Below, one piece after another: positions 36,118-45,606 of a stretch of DNA of 58,159 nt (position 1 is the stretch's first letter; each line of letters starts with the position of its first letter). Made by a program: the position numbers and the translations under genes. The notes under the pieces are model-generated. The model did not search any database. It was not told the DNA's origin and worked only from the letters and a program-made list of their open reading frames with translations. The stretch is from Methanobacteriota archaeon (lineage in GTDB: Archaea; Thermoplasmatota; Thermoplasmata; Methanomassiliicoccales; UBA472), in contig JAJFUR010000020.1 in assembly GCA_021372335.1 (NCBI GenBank), positions 1 through 58,159 of the forward strand, read 5' to 3'.

Positions 36118-37632
36118 ATGGACAGGGCCAAGGGGCTGGCGGAGGTCGTGCGCTCCGCCGGCTCCGTCGCCCTCTTCTCCCATATAGATGCGGACGGCAT
36201 ATCCTCGGCGGCCATTGCCAAGCGCGCACTGGAGCGGCTCGAGGTCCCGCACAGGGTGCAGTTCGTGAGGTCCCTGGGAGAGGAGGAGCTCGGCCTGGTC
36301 GCGAAGGCCGAGGAGGACGTCGTCTGGATATGCGACCTCGGAGGCGGCTATTGCCACCGCACCGCAGGGACGCGGGCTGTGGTCACGGACCACCATCAGG
36401 TCTTCACGGGTGGCCAGGCAAGCCTGGACCTGTTCGGGGGGATGGACAACGTGCTGAACCCGCTGCTGTTCGGCATGAACGGCTCCACCCACCTGAGCGG
36501 CGCCGGGAACACGTACTTCGTGGCCCGGGAGCTTGATCCGCGGAACAGGGACCTCGCCTACCTGGCCGTGGTCGGGGCGGTGGGGGATATGCAGGACCGG
36601 GGGGCCAGGAGGCTGGAGGGGCCGCTGCACGCCGAGGTCCTCAGGGATGCCGGGGAAAAGGTGGAGGTCGTTCCGGACGACCTTCCCTTCTTCGGGTGGG
36701 TGACCAGGTCCGCCGCGGCCATGCTCGCCTTCTCCAACGACCTCAAGGCCCTGGGGTACATGGACAGCATCAAGGAGGTCTCCTCGCTCTTCTATCAGGC
36801 CGGGGTCCCGCTTAGACGCCCCGGACCGCCGCCCAGGGACGGGGGGGCGCAATGGCGCAGTTGGTCCGAACTCTCCCAGCCGGAGCGGAACATCATGAAG
36901 GCGACGCTCCGGGGGCGACTGGCCGAGGTCGGCCTAGACGCCACGGCCCTGGACCGCATGCTTGGCGAGGTCTATCTCTTTCCGGAGCACCCCCTGGGCT
37001 CCCCGACCTTCGAGGCGAAGGAATTCGCCACGCTGCTCAACGGCTCCGGGCGCTACATCCTTACGCCCACGGGGGAGGGGGACGACGAACGGGGGGAGCT
37101 GATCATGAAGGTCTGCCTGAACCCCACGGTCTACTCCGAATCGGCATTGCGGAACATGGACGACCATAAGGTGCACATCCGAGATGGAGTGGCCAAGGTC
37201 CGCACCGTAGTGCAGATGCGCAACATCCAGTATGTCCTGCCGAAGCGGAAGAACAGTTATTGCCTGGGGGTGAACGACACGATCCTGGGCATCATCGCCG
37301 GCATGGTCTTGGACCAGCGGAAGGGGGACGGGCCGCTGGACGTGGACCCCTCCAAGCCCCTCGTGGCCTTGACGGAGAGGGCGGGCTCGGCGCAGGGCGG
37401 CAAGGACCCGGAGGTGAAGGTGTCGGCGAGGATGGAACGCACGCTCACAGCGAGGGGGATCAACCTGGGAAAGGCGATCGACCGCGCCTCCGCGAGGGTC
37501 GGAGGGGGTGGGGGAGGGCACGACGTCGCCGCGGGGGCCACCATCCCCAAGAAAAAGATAAGGAAGTTCCTGGAGGCCCTGGACGAGGAGGTCGGGGGGC
37601 AGCTCGGGCTCAGCCCATCAGAGCGACCATGA
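36118..37632 (+). CDS. DHH-family phosphoesterase (archaeal RecJ-like)
   Basis: ATG at 36118, 504 aa. It has SHIDADGISSAA, VVTDHHQ and GGGGGHDVAAGA. Confidence 0.75.
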   Translation: MDRAKGLAEVVRSAGSVALFSHIDADGISSAAIAKRALERLEVPHRVQFVRSLGEEELGLVAKAEEDVVWICDLGGGYCHRTAGTRAVVTDHHQVFTGGQASLDLFGGMDNVLNPLLFGMNGSTHLSGAGNTYFVARELDPRNRDLAYLAVVGAVGDMQDRGARRLEGPLHAEVLRDAGEKVEVVPDDLPFFGWVTRSAAAMLAFSNDLKALGYMDSIKEVSSLFYQAGVPLRRPGPPPRDGGAQWRSWSELSQPERNIMKATLRGRLAEVGLDATALDRMLGEVYLFPEHPLGSPTFEAKEFATLLNGSGRYILTPTGEGDDERGELIMKVCLNPTVYSESALRNMDDHKVHIRDGVAKVRTVVQMRNIQYVLPKRKNSYCLGVNDTILGIIAGMVLDQRKGDGPLDVDPSKPLVALTERAGSAQGGKDPEVKVSARMERTLTARGINLGKAIDRASARVGGGGGGHDVAAGATIPKKKIRKFLEALDEEVGGQLGLSPSERP

Positions 37633-38521
37633 TGGCCTTCTGGGCGTGCAGGCGGTTCTCGGCCTGGTCCAGGACGACGGAGCGCTCGCTGTCGATGACG
37701 TCGTCCGTGATCTCCATGCCCCGGTGGGCGGGGAGGCAGTGCATTACGATCGCCCGCTCATGCGCTCCCGCGAGCAGCTCCGCATTCACCTGGTAGGGCC
37801 TGAAGACCTTCTCGCGCACCCGCTGCTCCTCCTCCTGGCCCATGGAGACCCAGACGTCGGTGTACACAATGTCGGCCCCTTCCGCGGCCTCCTTGGGGGA
37901 CTCCACTATGCTGAGGCGGCAGCCGTTGGCCTTGGCGATGGCCTTCGCCCTCTTCGTGACCTCGGGGTCGGGCTCGTATCCGGGGGGGCAACCGCATGCC
38001 AGGTCCATGCCGACCATCGCGCACCCGAGCATGAGCGAGTTGCAGACGTTGTTGCCGTCGCCCACATACGCCATCTTGATCCCCTTGAACTGGCCGAAGC
38101 GCTCCTTGACGGTGAGCAGGTCGGCCATGATCTGGCAGGGATGCTCGAAGTTGTCGAGCCCGTTGATGACCGGCACGGTGGCATACTTCGCCAGCTCCAG
38201 GACCATGCTGTGCTCGTACGCCCTGTACATGATGCCGTCGACGTAGCGGGAAAGCACCCGGGCGGTGTCCGCCACCGTCTCCCCGCGCCCCATCTGCAGG
38301 TCCTTGGAGTTCAGGGTGACCGCGAACCCGCCGAGCTCTATCATCCCCACCTCGAAGGAGACCCGCGTACGGGTGGAGGATTTCTCGAAGATCATGGCCA
38401 GCACCTTCCCCTTCAGAGGTTGGGCGTCCATGTCCCGTTTTTTCTTCATGGCCTCGGCCATCTCCAATATGTCGAGGATGTCGTCCTGGAGGTCCAGCAT
38501 CGTGGTCAGGTCCCGCTTCAT
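37610..38521 (-). CDS. argF: ornithine carbamoyltransferase
   Basis: ATG at 38521, 303 aa. It has FEKSSTRTRVSFE, HPCQ and HCLPAHRGMEI. Confidence 0.9.
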   Translation of the reverse strand: MKRDLTTMLDLQDDILDILEMAEAMKKKRDMDAQPLKGKVLAMIFEKSSTRTRVSFEVGMIELGGFAVTLNSKDLQMGRGETVADTARVLSRYVDGIMYRAYEHSMVLELAKYATVPVINGLDNFEHPCQIMADLLTVKERFGQFKGIKMAYVGDGNNVCNSLMLGCAMVGMDLACGCPPGYEPDPEVTKRAKAIAKANGCRLSIVESPKEAAEGADIVYTDVWVSMGQEEEQRVREKVFRPYQVNAELLAGAHERAIVMHCLPAHRGMEITDDVIDSERSVVLDQAENRLHAQKAIMVALMG

Positions 38522-38672
38522 CGTTCGCACCTCTCCTTCGTCCATCGCGGCGATGGGACGCCCATCGCCCAGGGTGATGGAGGATTCGCCCTTGTTTAAT
38601 AAAATGAATGATGGGGATGGAACATTCGGCCCCGCTTTTGTCGGGAGAGGGGTGCGATGACGGAACGGGCCA

Positions 38673-39473
38673 TCAGGGCAACAGGTCATACCCGAAGGGG
38701 ACGAAGGAGAAGAGGAAGAAGTTCAGCAAACCGTGCATCAGGGCGGCGAGGCCGAGGCTGCCTGTGCGCTCGTACGCCAGGGCGAGCACCAGCCCAATCC
38801 CGAAGACGAAACCTAGGTAGGGGACGTTGTGATAGCCGGAGTGCATGGATGCGAACAGGAGAGCGGATACGAGGACCGCGACCCCTTTCCCGAAGTTGGA
38901 AGCGATGGAGCTCTGCAACAGCCCGCGGAAGACAAGCTCCTCCCCGAAGCCGACGAAGACGACCATTACCAGCATGAGCTTGCCCAGGTCAAGGGGCCCA
39001 AGGTCCCAGACCAGGGCCTCATTGCCAAGCATAGAGTATTCCAGGTTGGCGCCCAGGTAGCCGAATATTATCGCGAAGGGGACGTACTCCCATTTCCATT
39101 GGACATTTTCGCGGAGGCCATGCCCGTTCAGGAAGCGCACCAGGTTGCGCCAATGCGGCCTTCCCGCATCCACCACCGTCTGCCTCCAGATGATGTAGCC
39201 TGCGATGATCACCGGGGCGTAGACGAAGGGCATCCAAAGCAACGTTTCCGTGAAGAACACCGGCATGCCGATGTTCAGGACCCTGAGCAGGGAGACCAGG
39301 GAGAAGGATTGATAGAGGAGCATCTGCTTCTCCGCCCAGATCGGAAGCAGGATGCACAGGAAGATGTTGAGGGCGTGCACCTCCAGGCAGGCTTCGGTCC
39401 GGCCGTTGAAGAACAGCCCCTCCGCTAGCACGATCAGCGCCGTTGGCAGCAGTAGACCGACCTTATCCCGCAT
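38673..39473 (-). CDS. CPBP-family intramembrane glutamic protease (CAAX protease-like)
   Basis: 266 aa. It has EELVFRGLL, FASMH and HGLLNF and is polytopic. Confidence 0.8.
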   Translation of the reverse strand: MRDKVGLLLPTALIVLAEGLFFNGRTEACLEVHALNIFLCILLPIWAEKQMLLYQSFSLVSLLRVLNIGMPVFFTETLLWMPFVYAPVIIAGYIIWRQTVVDAGRPHWRNLVRFLNGHGLRENVQWKWEYVPFAIIFGYLGANLEYSMLGNEALVWDLGPLDLGKLMLVMVVFVGFGEELVFRGLLQSSIASNFGKGVAVLVSALLFASMHSGYHNVPYLGFVFGIGLVLALAYERTGSLGLAALMHGLLNFFLFSFVPFGYDLLP

Positions 39474-39679
39474 CGGCCCGTTGAATGGGGAGGGACGATT
39501 AATTACTATCGTCTGGAATGGGTAAAAAAGGAATAGGAGGATAGGTCATCGGTAGAAGGCCTACGGTCTGAGGAAAAAGATGTTGCCGTTCACTATGACA
39601 AAGTTCGGCTGGCCCAAGGTCTTCTTCACTTCATTCCCTCCCCTAATTATTTCTTAACGGTATAATCTGATTTGAGCGA

Positions 39680-39727
39680 TGATTAATATAATATTTAATC
39701 ATTTTCAACATACTAGTGCGTTGAAAA
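39680..39727. promoter_or_regulatory. two adjacent inverted repeats in front of the ArsR-family gene
   Basis: Read directly: TGATTAA-TATAATAT-TTAATCA at 39680-39701, and TTTTCAAC-N10-GTTGAAAA at 39702-39727. They end 19 nt before the ATG at 39746. Confidence 0.5.
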
Positions 39728-39745
39728 TAGATTTTAGTGGTCAAA

Positions 39746-40318
39746 ATGAAAGAGATGGGCGTTGAACAGCTAAAGGTGCTCTCGGACCCCAATCGCCTGG
39801 CCATACTGTCCCTGCTTACGATAAGGGAGATGACAACGACCGCCATATCGAACTTGCTCGGCTTGAGCGTGCAGAATGCCCAGTATCACATGAAGAAATT
39901 GCTGGAGGCCGGCCTGATCGTGCCGACGCGCACGGAGCTCGTCGGCAACCTGGTGGAGAAGTACTATCGCTCGGCGTTCGAGCCGGGGATAATGGGGGAC
40001 GCGGCGGGGGCGGGCTCGGTGGACATCGCCGAGCGGCTCAACATTGTCTTCGCGGCGCTTGGGGCGATCAAGGGGATCTTGAACCGCGGGATCCGGCTCA
40101 TGGATGAGCAGCGGGAGTACTTCATGAACGTGGCCGAGCGGCCCAACTATCCGTTCGGAGCCAACTATGTGATCCTGCCGGTAAGCGCCCCCGCCGTCGA
40201 GGACGCCGAAACCCTTATGTCCGAACTCAACGACCGCCTGAAGGGGCTGTCGGACAAGCATCCCGAGGAGGGGAAGCCCAAGTTCGCGGTCCTGTACGCG
40301 GTCTTTCCCTTCGAGTAA
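39746..40318 (+). CDS. ArsR-family transcriptional regulator
   Basis: The ORF starts at 39737. The wHTH is LKVLSDPNRLAILSLLTIREMTTTAISNLLGLSVQNAQYHMKKLLEAGLI. Confidence 0.8.
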   Translation: MKEMGVEQLKVLSDPNRLAILSLLTIREMTTTAISNLLGLSVQNAQYHMKKLLEAGLIVPTRTELVGNLVEKYYRSAFEPGIMGDAAGAGSVDIAERLNIVFAALGAIKGILNRGIRLMDEQREYFMNVAERPNYPFGANYVILPVSAPAVEDAETLMSELNDRLKGLSDKHPEEGKPKFAVLYAVFPFE

Positions 40319-40365
40319 GAGGGCGAATATTTATTAATCTTGAAGCGATGCTGAGATTCCATCAT

Positions 40366-40440
40366 GGCCGGGATGGGGTAGCCTGGTTATCCTGTGGGAC
40401 TGTGGATCCCTAGACCCGCGTTCAAATCGCGGTCTCGGCC
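40366..40440 (+). tRNA. tRNA-His: tRNA-His (anticodon GTG) with genome-encoded G-1
   Basis: Hand-folded. The acceptor pairs GCCGGGA with TCTCGGC. The D arm is GGGT/TCCT. The anticodon loop is CTGTGGA, with GTG at 40402-40404. The T arm is CCGCG-TTCAAAT-CGCGG. An extra 5' G at 40366 opposes discriminator C at 40440. No CCA is encoded. Confidence 0.85.
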
Positions 40441-41720
40441 CCTTCTTCTTCCTTTATCACCTCTAGCTCCCGTTCGAGGATGGCCCTCTGGCGTTCGGTG
40501 AGCGTGGCCGGGTCCACCACGACCAGGAGGACCGAGCCGCTCACCATTACGCTGTCCCGGAGCTGCCCCAGGAACTTCAGCACCCTGGTCAGGTCATTGT
40601 TCACGATTATGTACTCAAGCCCCTCGATGGCGATGAGGGCCGGTCCTTCCTTGATGAACTCCAGGACCATGTGGGTCAGGAGCTGCAGGTTGGTGGGGTC
40701 GATCCGGTCCGGGCCCGGGCTCTGGGCCAGCCACAGGAAGGGGGTGTGCGCCAGCATGTAGCGGGAGCGCAGATGGTCGGGATGGGCCCTGCTGATTACC
40801 AGCGCCGCTGTCCCTTTGCTTACTTCTTGCACCACCGCCCTGAACATCCTGTCCGAGTCCTTGCCCTCAAAGAGGTACGCCCTTCCCCTGGCCAATGATG
40901 GTATGCGGTCCTTGGGAGCGGCGGCCTCCTGGCCCCTCGGGATGACGAGCAGTTGGTACCGAAGGATCCCATAGGTCAGCAGGGCCATGGAGACGAGCTC
41001 CCCGAGCCCGTACATGCGCGGCACCTCCACCCCCGTGGCGGCCATGCCCATGATCGCGATCATCACCAGCGCCGGGACGGCCAGGGCAAGGAAGAGGATC
41101 CCCGTCCTTCCCCTGTTCAAGCCCTCCAGGGTGCGCCATTTCCTTCGGAAGGTGAGGGCAAGGGCCACCAGATAGACCGTGAGGAGGAGGACCAGCAGCG
41201 CGAAGGGCAGGTTGGTTGCGGGAACCCAGCCGTAGCGGTCGCTGACCATGGCCTCCACGGAGGCGGCGAAGGCGATCGCGGTCCCCAGAACGAGCGCCCC
41301 ATAGACCCTGCGATCGTTCCCCAGCAGGAGCATTGGGGAGGGGAACGGCACGAGGGTGCCCAGGTGATAGGCCACGCCCATCTCGATCACCAGCAGGAAG
41401 ACCAGCGATCGGAACGCCCAGGCGGCCGGCCCGGCGGTGGTGAGGCTGGCCACCAGGAGGTCCATCAGGCTGCCCGTTCCTGCCAGAATGGTCAGCCAGA
41501 AGAAGGTGCGGTTGACGGGGGAGGTGCGCCCCTTGGACAGGACGTATGTCCCTAAGGCGACCTCGGAGATCGCCAGGAATAGGAATGCGGGCGTGAGCGG
41601 CCCTAGCTCCAACATAGCAGCCCCCTTCATCATTGGCTCGGTGGCTAATAATGATGCCCATGGACCCTGGCAGACCATCGCATTGGAGGCGGGGTTTCCT
41701 ATAAATCCCGGAAGCGGCAT
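40422..41720 (-). CDS. 7TM membrane protein with a C-terminal DUF835-like cytoplasmic domain
   Basis: 432-aa ORF; the start may be Met-36 at 41615. It has about 7 TM helices, then a soluble tail (RAYLFEGKDSDRMF...ALVISRAHPDHL...FLWL...) resembling DUF835. Confidence 0.65.
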   Translation of the reverse strand: MPLPGFIGNPASNAMVCQGPWASLLATEPMMKGAAMLELGPLTPAFLFLAISEVALGTYVLSKGRTSPVNRTFFWLTILAGTGSLMDLLVASLTTAGPAAWAFRSLVFLLVIEMGVAYHLGTLVPFPSPMLLLGNDRRVYGALVLGTAIAFAASVEAMVSDRYGWVPATNLPFALLVLLLTVYLVALALTFRRKWRTLEGLNRGRTGILFLALAVPALVMIAIMGMAATGVEVPRMYGLGELVSMALLTYGILRYQLLVIPRGQEAAAPKDRIPSLARGRAYLFEGKDSDRMFRAVVQEVSKGTAALVISRAHPDHLRSRYMLAHTPFLWLAQSPGPDRIDPTNLQLLTHMVLEFIKEGPALIAIEGLEYIIVNNDLTRVLKFLGQLRDSVMVSGSVLLVVVDPATLTERQRAILERELEVIKEEEGAETAI

Positions 41721-41739
41721 GGGATGGGCGTCGAGGTAG

Positions 41740-43200
41740 ATGGAAATGGGCTGGAATGGGCCGCTCGAGCAGATCGATGCCTATCGGTGGATGATCCCCC
41801 GCTCCTACAAGGAGTGCATGAACGGGGACGCGGTCATCTTCGCCGACGAGAGGATGATAAGGAGCATAGTGTCGGACAACTCGCCGGAGCAGGCAGCCAA
41901 CGTGGCGTGCCTTCCCGGCATAGTCGGCAGGTCGATGGCGATGCCCGACATCCACTGGGGCTATGGCTTCCCGATCGGGGGCGTGGCGGCCATGGACGCC
42001 GAGGAGGGAGTGATCTCCCCCGGGGGCATAGGTTTCGACATCAACTGCGGCGTCCGGCTCCTGACCACGGCCCTGCGCGCCGAGGAGGTCGCCCCGCGCA
42101 TAAAGGAGCTCATTGATTCTCTCTTCCACGCCGTCCCGGCAGGGGTTGGCTCCAAGGGAGTGGCGGACGTGGCCGCCGACCAGATAGACCGGATCCTGGA
42201 GGAGGGGGCGGAGTGGGCAGTGGCCGAGGGGTATGGTTGGGAAGAGGACCTTGTCCGCACCGAGGAGGGGGGGAGGATGGGGAACGCCGACGCCTCCAAG
42301 GTCTCATCGAAGGCGAAGCAGAGAGGCGCGCCCCAGGTCGGTTCGCTCGGCTCCGGCAATCACTTCCTGGAGGTGGACCGCGTGGAGAGGATATTCGACC
42401 CAGCGGCGGCAAAGGCCTTCGGGCTCGTCGAGGAGGGGCAGGTCACCGTCTCGATCCATTGCGGCTCCCGCGGGTGCGGGCATCAGATCGCCACCGACTA
42501 CCTGCAGGTCATGGAGCGGGCGGTGCGCGCCCGGGGCCTCAGGCTTCCGGACCGGCAGCTGGCATGCGCGCCCGTCACCTCGCAGGAGGGGCAGGACTAC
42601 CATGCGGCCATGGCCTGCGGGGCGAACTACGCCTGGGCCAACAGGCAGATGATCATGCATTGGGTCCGGCAGTCCTTTGAGCATGTCTTCGGGCGGAGCG
42701 CGGAGGCGATGGGCATGGAGCTGGTATACGACGTTGCGCACAACATCGCCAAGCTCGAGGAGCATGTGTACGAGGGCAGGCGCCGCAAGGTCTATGTGCA
42801 TCGCAAGGGCGCGACGAGGGCGTTCCCCGCGGGGCATCCCGAGGTCCCGGCCATCTATCGCTCGGTGGGCCAGCCGGTGCTCATCCCGGGGGATATGGGC
42901 GCCGGCTCCTACGTGCTCGTGGGGACGGAGCAGGCCATGCGGGAGTCCTTCGGCTCCACCTGCCACGGGGCGGGGAGGCTCATGTCCCGCGAGGCTGCCA
43001 TCCGCTCCTACTCCGTGAAGACGATCGTCCAGGAGATGGAGGCCAAGGGGATCTATCTGAGGGGGAGCACCAAGGACGGTATCCAGGAGGAGGCCCCGGG
43101 AGCGTACAAGGACATAGACGATGTGATAAGGGTGGTAGTCGGCGCGGGCCTATCAAGGCCGGTGGCCAAGCTGACGCCCATCGGCGTGATGAAGGGCTAG
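41740..43200 (+). CDS. rtcB: RNA-splicing ligase RtcB
   Basis: 486 aa. It has MPDIHWGYGFPIGGV, GSGNHFLEV, GSRGCGHQ and AHNIA. Confidence 0.93.
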   Translation: MEMGWNGPLEQIDAYRWMIPRSYKECMNGDAVIFADERMIRSIVSDNSPEQAANVACLPGIVGRSMAMPDIHWGYGFPIGGVAAMDAEEGVISPGGIGFDINCGVRLLTTALRAEEVAPRIKELIDSLFHAVPAGVGSKGVADVAADQIDRILEEGAEWAVAEGYGWEEDLVRTEEGGRMGNADASKVSSKAKQRGAPQVGSLGSGNHFLEVDRVERIFDPAAAKAFGLVEEGQVTVSIHCGSRGCGHQIATDYLQVMERAVRARGLRLPDRQLACAPVTSQEGQDYHAAMACGANYAWANRQMIMHWVRQSFEHVFGRSAEAMGMELVYDVAHNIAKLEEHVYEGRRRKVYVHRKGATRAFPAGHPEVPAIYRSVGQPVLIPGDMGAGSYVLVGTEQAMRESFGSTCHGAGRLMSREAAIRSYSVKTIVQEMEAKGIYLRGSTKDGIQEEAPGAYKDIDDVIRVVVGAGLSRPVAKLTPIGVMKG

Positions 43201-44519
43201 AGGTCCGCGAGGGTCCGGGAGGCCGCCCTTTCCACTCTCTCCACGTACTTTTCGGGACAGGCGACCATCACCGCCCAGTCGTGCACCCCGCGGGACTGCA
43301 GCGCCTTGCTAATGGGGCTGAGGCGGGTGAGCGGCCTGACCCTGCCGTCGTTCAGGATCGGCACCTCCGTCTTCCCCCGCCGCGCCTCGCCGGTGATAAG
43401 CTCGCGGGAGGGCGCGTCCAGTATGACCTCGGACGGGTCCACCCCGGCCCGGTCCGCGATCAGGGCCTCGGTGGCCTTGCGCTTCCGGTACTCGGTGATG
43501 GGAAGCAGACGCTCGGCGTCCTCCTCGGTCATGTCCGGCACGTAGACCGAGAACGCCCTTTTGTACAGATGACGGTACTTAAGCAATGTGACCAGTTTTC
43601 GGGGGCGGCCCCCTTGGGCGACCAACCGCTCCAGGAGGGAGGGGTCGTTCTCCTGCTGCAGCCCCTCGGCGATCGAATCGTCGGCGGCCTCCACCGCCTT
43701 GCATAGCATCATCTCCGCGATGCGCACCGTCTTGTGAAAGTATACCGAGGAGTACATGAGCGCCCGGGCGACCATCAGGCCCTCCGCGGCCACAAGCCCG
43801 TTCTTGCGCACCACGATGTCCCCGTGGTGCAGGGCGATCGTATGGACCAGGCGGTCCAGGTCGATGGCGCCGTGCGCGACGCCGGTGTAGTGCGCGTCGC
43901 GCAGCAGGTAGTCCATCTGGTCCGCGTCCACCGGGCCGTGCAGCATCTGGTTCAGATGATCCCTGGAGTTGAAATGGGACTGCCCGCTGGCCTCGGTGAT
44001 CAGCCGCTGCCCGCGTCGGGCCTTGTGCCCCGGGGACACGATGATGTCCGCGACCGCCTCGGCCGGGATGCCGTTCCGCTCCAGGAGCTCGGCGATGGTC
44101 CCCTCGCATCCGATCATCCCCTGTTCCCAGTCCCGGACCGCGCTTCGCTGTCCCCTAACCAGCGCGGCGCCGAGCTCCATGTGGTCCATGGAGAACCGGT
44201 TCTCCAGCACCTCCTCGAGGGTGTGAGAGAAGGGGGGGTGCCCGAGGTCATGCAGCAGGGCGGCCGCCAAAGCCTGCGCGCGGTCCTCGGGGCTCAGCTC
44301 CAGTGCCTCGCACATTAGGCCCGCCACATAATAGGTGCCCAGGGAATGCTCGAAGCGGGTGTGGTTCGCCCCCGGGAACACCAGGTACGCAAGGCCGAGC
44401 TGCTTGACGCCATGCAGCCGCTGCAGCTCCGGGCGATGCAACAGTTCCAGGAAGACCCCGCTGACCTTCACGCTTCCGTGCACGCTGTCGTGGATTATCT
44501 TATGCTCAGGCCCGGTCAT
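43197..44519 (-). CDS. HD-domain dNTP triphosphohydrolase-like protein
   Basis: 440 aa. It has RFEHSLGTYY, HDLGHPPFSH and DADQMDYLLRD. Confidence 0.8.
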   Translation of the reverse strand: MTGPEHKIIHDSVHGSVKVSGVFLELLHRPELQRLHGVKQLGLAYLVFPGANHTRFEHSLGTYYVAGLMCEALELSPEDRAQALAAALLHDLGHPPFSHTLEEVLENRFSMDHMELGAALVRGQRSAVRDWEQGMIGCEGTIAELLERNGIPAEAVADIIVSPGHKARRGQRLITEASGQSHFNSRDHLNQMLHGPVDADQMDYLLRDAHYTGVAHGAIDLDRLVHTIALHHGDIVVRKNGLVAAEGLMVARALMYSSVYFHKTVRIAEMMLCKAVEAADDSIAEGLQQENDPSLLERLVAQGGRPRKLVTLLKYRHLYKRAFSVYVPDMTEEDAERLLPITEYRKRKATEALIADRAGVDPSEVILDAPSRELITGEARRGKTEVPILNDGRVRPLTRLSPISKALQSRGVHDWAVMVACPEKYVERVERAASRTLADL

Positions 44520-44553
44520 GGAACGGAGGGCCCCTTGCGCTGGGACAGGATGC

Positions 44554-44931
44554 CTACTGGTAGCCGCCCTTGATCTTCTTCCGGTCGATGCGGATGCCGT
44601 TGGGGGCCACTACGATGATGTTGTTCCCGATGGCGGCCACATCCCCGTTCGTGTCCCTGGCGACCGACTTCAGCTCGTTGGTGATGCGCTTGAGGGTGTT
44701 CTGGTCATTGGCGATGGGGGAATAATCGATCATCAGGATGTTGCCCTGATAGACCGGCTGGGTGATCGAGCCCACATCCTCGTATCGGTAGATCTCGGCC
44801 ACCTTGATACCTCCGGCGGAGACGGTGCTCTCGTCCGGGAAGTACAGGGCGCCGAGGTCGATGTACTGATCGGTCTCCACGCTCTTGACGTCCTCCTTGC
44901 CCTTGCCCATCGGCTTCTTGAGAATCGGCAT
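44554..44931 (-). CDS. sepF: cell division protein SepF
   Basis: 125 aa. Its size and C-terminal block (ILMIDYSPIANDQNTLKRITNELKSVARDTNGDVAAIGNNIIVVAP) fit archaeal SepF. Confidence 0.75.
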   Translation of the reverse strand: MPILKKPMGKGKEDVKSVETDQYIDLGALYFPDESTVSAGGIKVAEIYRYEDVGSITQPVYQGNILMIDYSPIANDQNTLKRITNELKSVARDTNGDVAAIGNNIIVVAPNGIRIDRKKIKGGYQ

Positions 44932-45007
44932 TGCATCCCTCGGTCGGACAGCTATGGCATCTAATCAATATTAATCTATCCCAATCGTCCCTGGCCCGGG
45001 CGGGGCC

Positions 45008-45502
45008 TCATCGCTCGTCGTACTTCCAGATCTTGTCGCCCACGAAGTGCAGGTTCTCGATCGCCTTCCCGGGGGCCTTGGCGGCCATGACCTCCGCGGG
45101 CACGAGCGCCCTTCCTATCGCGAGAGGGCGCTTGTGCGTCATGTCCCGGATCCAGACGAGGTCCCCCTCCTTCACCTCGGGGTCCACCTCCACTATGCCC
45201 GGGGCCATGACATCCGCCCCGTTGGTCACGAACGGGACGGCGCCCATGTCCACCGTGACATAGCGTTTCGTGGCCTTGTTCCTGAGCAGCCCGCGGATGG
45301 TCGGGAACGGCTGCCCGTCCACGATCATGCCCTCGATCACGTTGTTGACGAGGATAAGCTCGCAGCCCGGCCCCTCGGCGACGTCAATGGTGTCCTTGGG
45401 GCCCAGCATCTCCGCGCCGGTCACGGAGAACAGCGTCTCCGCCAAGGCCTTCAGCTCCTTCTCCCGCAGCCGCCTGCGCTTCCTTACCCTGATCTCGCTC
45501 AC
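45008..45502 (-). CDS. PUA-domain RNA-binding protein
   Basis: The ORF runs to 45781. The GTG at 45502 is preceded by GGGAAGG and gives 164 aa. The PUA core is VTVDMGAVPFVTNGADVMAPGIV...GDLVWI. Confidence 0.7.
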   Translation of the reverse strand: MSEIRVRKRRRLREKELKALAETLFSVTGAEMLGPKDTIDVAEGPGCELILVNNVIEGMIVDGQPFPTIRGLLRNKATKRYVTVDMGAVPFVTNGADVMAPGIVEVDPEVKEGDLVWIRDMTHKRPLAIGRALVPAEVMAAKAPGKAIENLHFVGDKIWKYDER

Positions 45503-45606
45503 GTCCTTCCCTATGGTCCGATCGCCAATGAACTTTGCGCCTTTGGAGGCCGTTCTGATACTGGCACAGCATTGTTTTATAAGCTTCGAACATCCTGCCT
45601 TCCCGT

